DNA of 64,000 nucleotides from Gemmatimonadota bacterium (lineage in GTDB: Bacteria; Gemmatimonadota; Gemmatimonadetes; Gemmatimonadales; Gemmatimonadaceae). Shown one piece after another: positions 38,035 through 47,783 of this stretch. The translations under genes and the position numbers were made by a program. The notes under the pieces were generated by a model. It saw only the letters and a list, made by a program, of their open reading frames with translations, did no database searches and was not told where the DNA came from. How positions within the stretch are numbered: position 1 is the stretch's first letter; every line of letters begins with the position of its first letter. The stretch spans positions 1 through 64,000 of the forward strand of contig JAZJZK010000025.1 in NCBI GenBank assembly GCA_040389905.1. The letters run 5' to 3'.

Positions 38035-38711
38035 GTGCGTGGGCTGAGCTCCGTCGCTCGCCGAAGCAGGTCGATCTTCCGCTCGTAGTTCGACGCAAAG
38101 AGTTTCACGAGCGCCTTGTTGCCCGGATCCTGCGCCAGTGCGGTCCGTGCTTCCGCAATGGCGGAATCCGCGATGCGAAGGCTGCGTTCGACGGTCGCAA
38201 CGGTGGACGGCGCGAGCGAACTCCGACGTTCCGCCAGCGTGCGCTGAAGCGCTTCCACACTCTTCGTGTAGCCGACTTCCGTCATCGCGAGCCGAGCCGG
38301 CAGCGCAACGGCAACGGCGGTCGCGGGTTCCGGCGCAGCGGCGGCCGCGGCAACCACGGTGTCTGGACGCGGATCGACTCTGCGGATGGCGACCGCGGTC
38401 AGTGCAGATGACACCACAGCGATGACGGCCGCCGCCGCAACGAGGTTCGAGCGCGACCAGTGGTACTCTCGGGCGAAGCGGCGCGGCTGCCGCGGAGCGA
38501 GTTCCGCGCGGATATCGCCCCAAAGATCGGCTGGTGGATCGATCACGCGCGGCAAGGCGGCCGCCGCACTCCCGAGTGCCGACAGCTCGGCGAATTGCTC
38601 CGCGCACGCCGCGCACGAACGCATATGGTCGCGAGCCGCCGAGGCGTCGCGCAGGTCGAGCGCGCCGTCCTGGAGGTCGCAGAGTTGGTCGAACGAAAGA
38701 TGGTCTGTCAT
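38031..38711 (-). CDS. zf-HC2 (ZAS) membrane anti-sigma factor
   Basis: HMRSCAAC motif; one TM. Confidence 0.85.
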   Translation of the reverse strand: MTDHLSFDQLCDLQDGALDLRDASAARDHMRSCAACAEQFAELSALGSAAAALPRVIDPPADLWGDIRAELAPRQPRRFAREYHWSRSNLVAAAAVIAVVSSALTAVAIRRVDPRPDTVVAAAAAAPEPATAVAVALPARLAMTEVGYTKSVEALQRTLAERRSSLAPSTVATVERSLRIADSAIAEARTALAQDPGNKALVKLFASNYERKIDLLRRATELSPRT

Positions 38712-39292
38712 GGACGCAATGCCCTCATGAGCAACTGGCGCGCGCGGTGCAACTGAGCGCGGAGCGTTCCTGCAGCGAGCCCCGTCATGCGCGCGATTTC
38801 CTCGTGTGAATACCCTTCGATGTCGTGCAATACGAACGCCCGCCGAACGCCTGGCGGCAGCGCGGCAACGGCTCGCTCCAGATCCACCGCCGTCGCCACG
38901 TCGACCGGGGCGGTACTCCCTTCATTCACTTCGTGCGCATCGTCGACATCGTCCTCGGCGAGCGAGACGCGCGCGAGACGACGCCGTTCACTCCGCCGCT
39001 GCATGAGCATCGCGTTGACGGCGATGCGATGCAGCCACGTCGTGACGCTCGACTCCCCGCGAAACTCCGGCAGCGCCTCCCACGCCTTGACGAAAACATC
39101 CTGCGTCAACTCACGCGCCTGAACCCGGTCACCCGTGAGTCGCAGGCACAACGCGAACACTCGGCCCGCGTGCGCCCGGTACAGCTCCTCGAACGCCTCC
39201 ACTTCGCCGCGTTGCGCCCGTGACGCCAGCGCTCGTTCCGCTGACGCCTCGTGCCCGGCGTGGGGCAGGCTGAATGAAAGGGCGCTTGCCAT
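38708..39292 (-). CDS. ECF sigma-70 factor
   Basis: ELTQDVFVKAW, TWLHRIAVN, EGYSHEEIA...LHRAR. Confidence 0.92.
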   Translation of the reverse strand: MASALSFSLPHAGHEASAERALASRAQRGEVEAFEELYRAHAGRVFALCLRLTGDRVQARELTQDVFVKAWEALPEFRGESSVTTWLHRIAVNAMLMQRRSERRRLARVSLAEDDVDDAHEVNEGSTAPVDVATAVDLERAVAALPPGVRRAFVLHDIEGYSHEEIARMTGLAAGTLRAQLHRARQLLMRALRP

Positions 39293-39403
39293 CTGATCGG
39301 TTTGATGCCGGCCGGAGGGCGGATGCTTATTGAACACCGGAGAAAGCTGCCCGGCGGCGGGATAGTCTGACAGTCCGTGCGTCCCGAAGGCACATTTCGT
39401 GGC

Positions 39404-40738
39404 ATGCGTCCACCCTCTCCGAAGCGCGGATTCCCCGGCAAGCTGTTCCTGTCGCTGACACGCCGTCCCCTCGAATTCCTCACAGGCCTCGCGCGCGAAC
39501 ACGGCGATGTCGTGATGCTCCGGCTTGGACCACAGCCAATCGTGCTCGTGAACGACCCCGACCGAATCCGGGACGTCCTCGTCACGCATGCCAAGCAGTT
39601 CAAGAAGGGACGCGGACTCGAGCGCGCCAAGGCGCTGCTCGGTGAAGGCCTGCTGACGAGCGAAGGAGAATTTCATCTCCGCCAGCGGCGTCTCGCCCAA
39701 CCCGCCTTCCATCGCGAACGCATCGCGGCCTATGGCGCGACGATGGGTGCCTACGCATCCCGCCGCATTTCCAGATGGCGAGATGGACAGACGCTCGATA
39801 TCTCGAAGGAGATGGCTGGATACACCCTCGCCGTCGTTGGGAAGACACTCTTCGACGCGGACATCGAGGGCGAAGCGCCGGAAATCGGCGAAGCACTCTC
39901 CGCCGCGCTGTCCGTCTTCACCTTCACGATGATTCCATTCGGCACCGCACTCATGTGGCTGCCGATTCCCGCCGCGCAGCGGTTCCGTCGCGGCCGCAAG
40001 CGACTGGATTCAACGATCTATCGGTTGATCGCCGAGCGGCGCGCGTCAGGGGAAGACCGCGGCGATCTGCTGTCCATGCTGTTGCTCGCGCATGACACGG
40101 AGGGCGACGGCTCCGGCATGAGCGACCTTCAGTTGCGCGACGAAGCGATGACGATCTTCCTCGCTGGCCACGAAACGACGGCGAACGCGCTCACTTGGAC
40201 CTTCTATCTCCTCTCGCAGAACCCGGAGGCCGAAGCGCGACTCCACGCCGAGCTCGACGCGCTCGGTGACGGTGAGCTTGGCGCCGACGATGTGGCACGA
40301 CTGCCCTACACACGCGCTGTCGTCGCTGAGTCCATGCGTCTCTATCCACCGGCGTACGTCGTGGGCCGTCGTGCGCTGGATGACTACCAGATCAACGGAT
40401 TCACCATCCCCGCGCGGTCGATCATTCTCATGAGCCAATGGGTGGCGCACCGCGACCCCCGCTGGTGGCCAGATGCCGAGTCGTTCACGCCGGAACGTTG
40501 GCTGCCGGGTGGCAGCGCGAACGACGCGGCGCGTCCGAAGTTCTCGTACTTCCCATTCGGCGCCGGCACGCGGGTGTGCATCGGCGAGCAGTTCGCGTGG
40601 TTGGAGGCGATTCTGGCGCTCGCCACGATGGCGCGGCGCTGGCGACTCGAGCTCGCACCCGGCGAGCGCGCCGAGCGTCAACCGATTGTCGTGTTGAGAG
40701 CCAAGGGCGGAATGCGGATGATCACGCACGCACGTTGA
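39404..40738 (+). CDS. Cytochrome P450
   Basis: AGHETT, ESMR (ExxR), PERW, FGAGTRVCIG. Confidence 0.95.
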   Translation: MRPPSPKRGFPGKLFLSLTRRPLEFLTGLAREHGDVVMLRLGPQPIVLVNDPDRIRDVLVTHAKQFKKGRGLERAKALLGEGLLTSEGEFHLRQRRLAQPAFHRERIAAYGATMGAYASRRISRWRDGQTLDISKEMAGYTLAVVGKTLFDADIEGEAPEIGEALSAALSVFTFTMIPFGTALMWLPIPAAQRFRRGRKRLDSTIYRLIAERRASGEDRGDLLSMLLLAHDTEGDGSGMSDLQLRDEAMTIFLAGHETTANALTWTFYLLSQNPEAEARLHAELDALGDGELGADDVARLPYTRAVVAESMRLYPPAYVVGRRALDDYQINGFTIPARSIILMSQWVAHRDPRWWPDAESFTPERWLPGGSANDAARPKFSYFPFGAGTRVCIGEQFAWLEAILALATMARRWRLELAPGERAERQPIVVLRAKGGMRMITHAR

Positions 40739-41414
40739 GTGGGGAGCTGTCGAAGTTGCGGCGGAGGTCGGCTGGGTCGTCATAAATTGCCAACGCATTC
40801 GAGAGCGCCACATCGGACCACCAACCGCCGCACCTGAGCGCAATCGTCGGGACGCGTGCAGCGGCGCCGGCGTCGATGTCGTACGGCGTATCACCGATGA
40901 GCAGGCTGTGCGCCGCGAAGCGATGCGCTTTTCGCAGGGCGGCTTGCACGATGTCCGGATCGGGCTTGGAGTTGTCCGCGTCGTCCGCAGACGCCGCCGC
41001 CTGGATCAGGTCCGCAACGCCCGCCTGTTGCAGGATGGCGCTGACTTCCTCCGCTTGCGCCGAGGTGGCAACGACGAGTTCGAGTCCTTCGCTCGTGAGG
41101 AATTCGAGGAGATCGCGTGCGCCCTTCGTCGGCCGCAGGGCGGGCAGCTCCTTTCGGAACAGTGCGCCGCGTGACTCGCCAATGCGCTCGGCTTCAGCAC
41201 TGTCGCTGTCGAGTCCGACGAGAATTGGCAGCAGTTTGTCGCCGCCCATCCCGATCAATGGCCGCACCTCGTCGAATTGGACGACGTATCCGTGCTCGGC
41301 GAGGGCGCAGACCCAGGCGCGCGCGTGCGCATCGTTACTGTCGATGAGCGTGCCATCGATGTCGAGCAGGACGACGCGAAGTGCGTCGCCGGGTGGGTGG
41401 AGTTTGGTGGTCAT
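40722..41414 (-). CDS. HAD-family hydrolase
   Basis: DIDGTLIDS, ATS, KPDPD, IGDTPYD. Confidence 0.9.
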   Translation of the reverse strand: MTTKLHPPGDALRVVLLDIDGTLIDSNDAHARAWVCALAEHGYVVQFDEVRPLIGMGGDKLLPILVGLDSDSAEAERIGESRGALFRKELPALRPTKGARDLLEFLTSEGLELVVATSAQAEEVSAILQQAGVADLIQAAASADDADNSKPDPDIVQAALRKAHRFAAHSLLIGDTPYDIDAGAAARVPTIALRCGGWWSDVALSNALAIYDDPADLRRNFDSSPLNVRA

Positions 41415-41460
41415 GCTCTGATGCCGGTCAAGTTGGGTGCCGTCGGCGCCAACGCTTGGG

Positions 41461-41550
41461 TGTGACCCCGAGCAAGCGAAGCGCGTCGAGGGGTCTGCAC
41501 TTCAAACCTGGACTGAAGGTGCAGATGCCTCGACTTCGCTCGGGATGACA
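41461..41550. repeat. Palindromic repeat family B, full-length copy
   Basis: tgtgaccccgagc..gtcgaggggtctgcac...gtgcagatgcctcgacttcgctcgggatgaca. Confidence 0.85.
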
Positions 41551-41589
41551 GACTTTCACTCCTCCACGCCAGCAATAGCTTTCGCGATC

Positions 41590-42753
41590 ATGACAGAGCC
41601 GAGTGTCGCAGTCGGTAAGAACGCCCGCCGCACGGAATTGTTCGTGGCGGCGCTGTGGGTGATCGCGGTCGTCGTTGCCACTGTGCAACAAGGCATCACG
41701 CACCAGAACAACAACTTCCTGATCTTCCGCGCCGCGTCGATTCATTTGCTGCACGCACAGGATCTCTACGCGGCATACCCCGCCCTGCACTTCGATTTTT
41801 ACAAGTACAGTCCGACCTTCGCGCTGCTGTTCCTGCCGTTCGCCGTTTTGCCGCTCGCGCTCTCGATGCTCGCGTGGAACGCACTCAACGCGGGCGTCCT
41901 CTGGTTCGCACTGGGCTCGATTCTCCCGAAACGTGCCGCGACGATCGCGCGAGGCACCGTGTTTCTCGACATGCTCGGCTCGCTGCAAAACGTGCAGAGT
42001 AACGCACTGGTGGCGGGGCTCATCATCATGACCTTCGCCGCGTACGAGCGGCGACATACGGTCCTGGGCAGTCTTGCGGCAAACGTTGGCGCCGTGATCA
42101 AGGTCTTCCCGCTCGCGGGCGTGAGCTTCGCGATTTTTCATCCGCGCAAGCTGCGCGTCGCGATCGCCGTATTTCTTGGCATGGTGTTGATGCTGCTGTT
42201 GCCATTGCTGGTCACCTCACCAGACCAACTGCTCGCGCAATACGCATCCTGGCGCGCCATCGAGTCGAAGGACGCACTGGATCGGGGCTTTACGGTCATG
42301 CAGATGATCGAGATCGCGCTTCGCCAGAACTGGCCCAACTGGCCGCAGCAGCTCGCGGGCACGTTGCTGCTCGTCGCGCCGGTGCTCGTGCGGCGCGAGC
42401 GGTGGCCGGAGTGGTCGTTTCGGCTGACGTATCTCGCGTCGGTGCTGGTCTACTGCGTGATCTTCAATCACCAGTCGGAGAGTCCGACCTTCGTGATCGG
42501 CGTCGCTGGTGCGGCGATCTGGTTCGCGGCGCTCGATCGGTGGACGCGAGGCCAGTGGGCGCTGTTCGCGTTCGTCGTGGTCGGGACCATTCTCGCGTCA
42601 TCGGACGTGATGCCCAAGAGCATTCAGCGCTCGGTGTTCGATGCATACCATGCAAAGACGATCCCGTGCATCGTGCTGTGGGTGGTGATGCAGGTATCGT
42701 TGTGGCGTGGCTCCGGGCTAACGAACGTACCCGGTACACAGTACAACCCCTGA
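41590..42753 (+). CDS. GT87/DUF2029-like polytopic (GT-C) glycosyltransferase
   Basis: NNFLIF, DLY, YKYSPTFALLF, QSNAL, IKVFP, FNHQSESPT. Confidence 0.8.
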   Translation: MTEPSVAVGKNARRTELFVAALWVIAVVVATVQQGITHQNNNFLIFRAASIHLLHAQDLYAAYPALHFDFYKYSPTFALLFLPFAVLPLALSMLAWNALNAGVLWFALGSILPKRAATIARGTVFLDMLGSLQNVQSNALVAGLIIMTFAAYERRHTVLGSLAANVGAVIKVFPLAGVSFAIFHPRKLRVAIAVFLGMVLMLLLPLLVTSPDQLLAQYASWRAIESKDALDRGFTVMQMIEIALRQNWPNWPQQLAGTLLLVAPVLVRRERWPEWSFRLTYLASVLVYCVIFNHQSESPTFVIGVAGAAIWFAALDRWTRGQWALFAFVVVGTILASSDVMPKSIQRSVFDAYHAKTIPCIVLWVVMQVSLWRGSGLTNVPGTQYNP

Positions 42754-42975
42754 CGTACGAAGTACCCTGAACTGGGTACCCGGACTGGCATCCACGCCAA
42801 GAAGAGCCATCGACACAGCGGATGGCGTCGAGCCAACGCCGAACGCCGTCTGACGTTGCGAAGGGCGTTATTCGTGACGCTCCTTTCCAATGGCTCTTCT
42901 TGGGAAGTATGCCAGTCCGGGTACCCGAGCCCGGGTACCTCGTACGTTTGTGGTTGTACCCGGTACGGTTGTACG
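42726..42975. repeat. About 250-bp GTAC-rich element with ~85-bp imperfect inverted arms
   Basis: Arm 42726-42810 is reverse-complementary to 42890-42975 (e.g. gggtacccggactggcat / atgccagtccgggtaccc; ccaagaagagccat / atggctcttcttgg). Confidence 0.88.
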
Positions 42976-42995
42976 TCGGTTGCCCAAGCCGTCAG

Positions 42996-43895
42996 TCAGA
43001 GCGACGCGAAATTCACGAGCTGGATATCCCCGCGCGTGAGCCGCTCCCGCACGGCCGGCGAGCACAGGGCCCGCACCTCACGCTCTCGCTCCGCCCGATA
43101 GGGGTCCTGCGCCGCAAGCACTGCGTCGTCGTACCCCGGGTGCAGCATGATCTCCGTCGCGCCCGCTGGCAGGTGACTCAACAGGTCGAGCAGGCGCGCT
43201 TCGACGTCTGGCGCCCCTTGCAGCGCGATGCCGCGAAAGGTCGGCGACCGCGCGATCCACGCCCGATCCTCGCTCGTCGTTCCTCGCATCGCTGCATGCC
43301 ACGAGGCATGGAGTACGAGCATCTTGGCAGCGATCCCCGGCTCGCCCATCGACGGCGCGTCGAGTGGACGGCGCACAATGCGAACGCCGGCCGCGCGCGC
43401 GCTCGAGAGCACCGCAGGCAGGATTCCGGGAAGGGCGTGCGTGTGCCGGTGGCTGTCGATGTGCGTGGCCTGCACGCCCTCGCGCCCGAGTGCAGCGAGT
43501 TGTGCGTCGCACTCCTGGCGGACATCGATCGCGCTCACCCGGCCGATCATCGCCCGCCGAGCAAGCTCCGTCAGCGGATAAAACGTTCCGGTGCGCGGAT
43601 CGACGAGCGTCGGCGCTGAGGAGAGTGGGCGCCCGGTCAGGAGATTGAAATGGAGCCCGACGCCGAGTGTCGGCACCCGCTCGCGAAGCAGCGCGCACGC
43701 TTCGCCGAACGCCGGCGTATTCACCATCATCGACGCCGATGGCAGCGACCCTGCCTCATGCGCTTCGACAATCCCGCGGTTTACACCGGGTGCGAACCCG
43801 AAGTCGTCGGCATTGATGACGAGCAACGCGGTGGGCAGGGTACTATCGAACCTGGTAATCGGGCTTCGAGATGCCGTGCGGCGGAGTGTGAACAC
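42996..43895 (-). CDS. YdjC/ChbG/HpnK-family deacetylase
   Basis: INADDFG, GLHFNL, HIDSHRHTH, EIMLHPG. True start may be further downstream. Confidence 0.9.
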   Translation of the reverse strand: MFTLRRTASRSPITRFDSTLPTALLVINADDFGFAPGVNRGIVEAHEAGSLPSASMMVNTPAFGEACALLRERVPTLGVGLHFNLLTGRPLSSAPTLVDPRTGTFYPLTELARRAMIGRVSAIDVRQECDAQLAALGREGVQATHIDSHRHTHALPGILPAVLSSARAAGVRIVRRPLDAPSMGEPGIAAKMLVLHASWHAAMRGTTSEDRAWIARSPTFRGIALQGAPDVEARLLDLLSHLPAGATEIMLHPGYDDAVLAAQDPYRAEREREVRALCSPAVRERLTRGDIQLVNFASL

Positions 43896-44712
43896 CGCGA
43901 ACCCACTTATCCTCTGGCGGGAACGTGAACCGCTTGTTGGCCGCGATGTATTGGCCGCTCCACGCGTTCGTTCGCACGCGCCAGATGTCGATGAACATCC
44001 GTCGACTGTCGCTGGCGAAACGCATCGTCGTCGGCTCGTCGTCGTAGCGGAAATTCACCGCGGTCTGCTTGATCGAGAGGCCATACTGCTGTGCGATGTA
44101 GAGGCACTCGATATCGAAGCCAAAGCCAGGAATCGTCGTGCGTGAAAAGCACAGCTCCGCCGCTTCGGCCGAGAAGCCCTTGAGGCCGGCCTGCGTGTCG
44201 AGAATGCCGGGGAGGAGGAACATCTGCACGACCTTGTTGAACGCGCGGCTCATCAGGTGGCGCGTGTACAGGTAGTGAAAGAAGCTCGGACTCATCAAGT
44301 AGCGCGACTCAGGCAGCACTCGGCAGGCGATGGCCACGTCGGCGCCGTCTTTCAACTCGCGGACGATCTTGTGCACCTCGTCGAGCGGATACGCCAGATC
44401 GACATCGGTGAACACGCGGTACCGCCCCGTGGCAGCCTGCATGCCCCGCGTGACGGAGTATCCCTTGCCGCAGTTCTGCGCGTTGCGCAAGAGCCGCGCA
44501 TACGTGGTACGCCGTTCGAAGTCCTCGAGTATGAGCTGGGTCTCGACTTCGGTCGAGCAGTCGTCGACGAAGATGACCTCGACCGACCCCGGGTACCGCG
44601 TCGCGAACGCGTCGACCGCGCGCAACGTCGCCGGGAGCTGATCGGCGGCATTGTAGACCGGAATGATCAGCGACAACACTGGAATGTCCGACTGCGGACC
44701 GATCATCTGCAC
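43843..44712 (-). CDS. GT2 polyprenyl-phosphate glycosyltransferase (ALG5/DPM1-like)
   Basis: IIPVYN, VDDCS, NCGKG, FTDVD, DTQAGLKGF, FGFDIE. Confidence 0.88.
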   Translation of the reverse strand: MQMIGPQSDIPVLSLIIPVYNAADQLPATLRAVDAFATRYPGSVEVIFVDDCSTEVETQLILEDFERRTTYARLLRNAQNCGKGYSVTRGMQAATGRYRVFTDVDLAYPLDEVHKIVRELKDGADVAIACRVLPESRYLMSPSFFHYLYTRHLMSRAFNKVVQMFLLPGILDTQAGLKGFSAEAAELCFSRTTIPGFGFDIECLYIAQQYGLSIKQTAVNFRYDDEPTTMRFASDSRRMFIDIWRVRTNAWSGQYIAANKRFTFPPEDKWVRGVHTPPHGISKPDYQVR

Positions 44713-45001
44713 CTCGATTAACGACTGGAAACGGTGGGCGTCTCCCTACAGCAAGCAAAGTCTTCCGCAGCGGCTGGTACAGCGTCCGGGCACTTCTCGG
44801 CCGCATAGGGTGTGGCGCGTGCGGTGTGTCTTACCAATACGACGGACCCCTGCCCACGTCACTACGCCTGCGGCGTGACGGGGATTTCGGTGTTTCCATT
44901 CGACGTGGATAGTTGCCGTGCCATGGAAATCTAGCGCGGCAACGCCATCGGGTGCCATGCCAAAACTGGTGTTTATCTGGCGCGTCGGCCGCGAAACGCA
45001 C

Positions 45002-45029
45002 GAGCGCCCGGCACGGTCGCCGAGCGCTC
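45002..45029 (-). terminator. Hairpin downstream of the DUF4142 gene
   Basis: 11-bp stem with one G-U pair; weak U tract. Confidence 0.4.
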
Positions 45030-45065
45030 TGTTTTCTGTCCGGAACTACTGTCGGATGCGGCTGG

Positions 45066-45683
45066 TCAGGGCGTGGCCAACTTACTCTGGAGCGCCTTTG
45101 CCTGGTCGAGGTGCTTCTGGATCGTTGGCGTCGCCTTCTGGATCATTGCCTTGAGGTCCGCGTTCTGCGCGTTGTTGGCGGCCTCCTGGGCGAACGCCAG
45201 CACCTTTTCGTGGCCAGTAACCATATGATCGATGTAGAACTTGTCCCATGCCGCGCCCTTGGGGGTGGCCTTCATGCTGTCCGCGACCGCCGCTTCCTGC
45301 GCGGCGTCCGCATCGCCCGCCGGTAGCGCCGGTGTAATGCTTGCCTTCTTCGCGAGAGCCATTCCCTCGACACGGAGCGCGTGATGGTCCTTCATCATCA
45401 TGCGCCCGTACTCCTTGATGCCTGCGGCCGTTCCCATGCTCGCCGCCAGCGCCCCCGCGCTGCTGTCGGCAGCGTTGTCACCATCGAGTTTCGCGAGGAT
45501 ATTGGCGTCGGTCAGTGCCGGAGGCGGCGGTGGCGGCGCTGGCGTCGCAGCCGCCGCGGCGGCAGCGGCCGAATCGGCAGCCTTCGCGCTGTCGGCGGCC
45601 TTGTCGCCGGAGCCGCAGGCGGCGAGCGCCGTAGTGGTCAGAAGCGCAAAAAGCGACGGACGGCGAAGCAGACGACGTAGCAT
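45066..45683 (-). CDS. DUF4142 lipoprotein
   Basis: GGAGG RBS; lipobox LAAC; MMKDH, WDKFYIDHMVTGH, IQKHL. Confidence 0.85.
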   Translation of the reverse strand: MLRRLLRRPSLFALLTTTALAACGSGDKAADSAKAADSAAAAAAAATPAPPPPPPALTDANILAKLDGDNAADSSAGALAASMGTAAGIKEYGRMMMKDHHALRVEGMALAKKASITPALPAGDADAAQEAAVADSMKATPKGAAWDKFYIDHMVTGHEKVLAFAQEAANNAQNADLKAMIQKATPTIQKHLDQAKALQSKLATP

Positions 45684-45889
45684 TTGACCTCCCAGGCGGT
45701 ATCGTTTCCACGTTCCTACAGAGCCGGTCGTCGTTTTGCAAAAAGCATACGATACTGGACGCAACACCCGCGGTGGTGCCGCTGACTCCGCTCTCGTTCC
45801 GCGTTGACTCAATCTTCTGCCAGACGGGGCCGATAATGACGTTGGCAAGGCCTGGCAGTTCTCAGGGACCGCGCTGAGTGATTACTTAA

Positions 45890-47611
45890 TTGACTCCACT
45901 GCTGGCTGACGCCTTGCCGAATACCGAAACGATTATCGTGGTCGAGGATGACGTCTGGGTGCGCCAGATCGCCATTCGTTCGTTGCGCGCCGCCGGGTAC
46001 TCGGTGCTCGACGCGTGTGACGGTCAGACCGCGCTCACACTTTCGGACGAGCACGCAGGCCCGATCCATCTCGTGCTGTCGGACGCGATCATGCCGGGCA
46101 TGACCGGCGCCACGGTCGTCGAACGACTTCGGCAGTCGCGACCGGGCATCAAGGCCGTCTTCATGTCCGGCTATTCCGGCGTGGAAGTCACCGGCAAGGG
46201 CATCGACGCGTCGCAAGTTGGCTTTGTCCAGAAGCCCTTCGCGATTCCCGATCTGGTTCGCATCGTCCGCGAGCAGCTCGACACACCGGATCCTTCAGCC
46301 GTGGCGAGCGATACAAACGATGATCCGCTTCGTGGCATTCTCGCCGACTCCGCACGCCTTCAGGCGCTTCGAGGCACCGATTTGCTCGACTCGCCGAGTG
46401 AAGAGTCGTTCGACCGTCTTACTCGCCTCGCCGCGCGCTTCCTCGACGTCCCGCTCGCGTTCGTCGTTCTCGTCGACGATGATCGCGTCTATTTCAAGTC
46501 CGTTGCGGGGAGGCTCGCGAGTGGCGTCACCCAGGAGATGCGCGGCGCGACGCTCTGCCAAGGCATCGTGGCAAGCACGGCACCGCTGGTCGTGGCCGAC
46601 GTCGCAGCCAATCCAGCGCTTGCGCAGCTGACCGACGTCAAGGCGATCCAGTCGCGCGCATGGTTGGGGGTGCCGTTGGTGGTCGACGCGTATGTGATCG
46701 GCGCCCTCGCCATAGCCGACATCGAACCCCGCCAGTGGTCCGCCGATGTCGTGACTGCGCTCGAGGATCTGGCGGCCGCCGTGATGGACGCCATCAACCT
46801 CCGCACGGCGACGCGCCGGAGCGCCGAGGCGCGCGCCGCGCTCGGTCGCGCCAGCGGCCAGCTCTTCCTCGCCAAGAACAGTGCAGAAGTCGCAAACCGT
46901 TCGAAGGAAGAGTTCCTGACGCGAATGAATCACGAGTTGCGGACACCGCTCAACTCGATCATCGGCTTCACCAACGTGCTCCGGCGCAACTCCGCGAACG
47001 CGCTCGGCAACCGTGAGTTGCAATATCTGGAGCGGATCGGTGTCAACAGCGTGCAGCTCCTCGAGCTGGTGGACCGCATCCTCGACCTGTCGAAGATCGC
47101 CTACGGAGAGCTCCGCGTTCGCTACTCCTGGGTACACATCGACGAGGTGTGCCGGTCCGTGTGCGATGAATTCGCCGACCGCGCGCGGGAGGCTGGCCTG
47201 TCACTCGAGTTTCAGCTCGAGCCGTCAGGCGAAAACGCGAAACCGTGCACGCCCATTCACACCGATGAGAGCAAGCTGCGCCAGATCCTCATCAACCTCG
47301 TTGGCAACGCCGTCAAGTTCACGCCCTCGGGTGGCAAGGTCGTGATTGTCCTGGTATGTGACGCGAGTTCCGGCGCGCCCATGCGGCTCGACATTCGGGA
47401 CAACGGAATCGGCATCGCCCCCGAAGCGCGCGCGCGCGTGTTCGAGGCGTTCGAGCAGGCCGAGGACGACACCGGGGCGCGCTTTGGTGGCACGGGTGTG
47501 GGCTTGAGAATCTCACGCGCCCTGTGCGAGTCGCTCGGCTTCGAGCTGACGCTGGAGAGCGAGCCCGGAAAAGGGTCGACGTTCAGCGTCGTCTTTGGAA
47601 CGATGGCCTAG
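45890..47611 (+). CDS. Hybrid histidine kinase REC-GAF-HisKA-HATPase
   Basis: VVEDD..SDAIMP..QKP; LLDSPSEESFDRLTRLA GAF; NHELRTPLN; NAVKF, GGTGVGL. Confidence 0.9.
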   Translation: MTPLLADALPNTETIIVVEDDVWVRQIAIRSLRAAGYSVLDACDGQTALTLSDEHAGPIHLVLSDAIMPGMTGATVVERLRQSRPGIKAVFMSGYSGVEVTGKGIDASQVGFVQKPFAIPDLVRIVREQLDTPDPSAVASDTNDDPLRGILADSARLQALRGTDLLDSPSEESFDRLTRLAARFLDVPLAFVVLVDDDRVYFKSVAGRLASGVTQEMRGATLCQGIVASTAPLVVADVAANPALAQLTDVKAIQSRAWLGVPLVVDAYVIGALAIADIEPRQWSADVVTALEDLAAAVMDAINLRTATRRSAEARAALGRASGQLFLAKNSAEVANRSKEEFLTRMNHELRTPLNSIIGFTNVLRRNSANALGNRELQYLERIGVNSVQLLELVDRILDLSKIAYGELRVRYSWVHIDEVCRSVCDEFADRAREAGLSLEFQLEPSGENAKPCTPIHTDESKLRQILINLVGNAVKFTPSGGKVVIVLVCDASSGAPMRLDIRDNGIGIAPEARARVFEAFEQAEDDTGARFGGTGVGLRISRALCESLGFELTLESEPGKGSTFSVVFGTMA

Positions 47612-47644
47612 CGAGCGCAACTGTCCGGGTTGGCAGAGGACTGC

Positions 47645-47750
47645 GAACCAACAACAAATGAACCACAGAGGACACAGAGGACACGGAGAACACCCATGAG
47701 TGGTCCTCTGTGTCCTCTGTGTCCTCTGTGGTTCATTTGTTGTTTGGTTC
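47645..47750. repeat. Palindromic repeat family A between convergent genes
   Basis: gaaccaacaacaaatgaaccacagaggacacagaggacacgg / cctctgtgtcctctgtgtcctctgtggttcatttgttgtttggttc. Confidence 0.9.
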
Positions 47751-47783
47751 TTGTTACCGCGTTCTGGTGTGGTCCTGTCTAGC

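Noticed and set aside
47645..47750. Possible CRISPR array or Cys-rich peptide (LCVLCVLCG)
   Set aside because: Short inverted tandem units with no unique spacers and no cas genes; the peptide is just the translated repeat.
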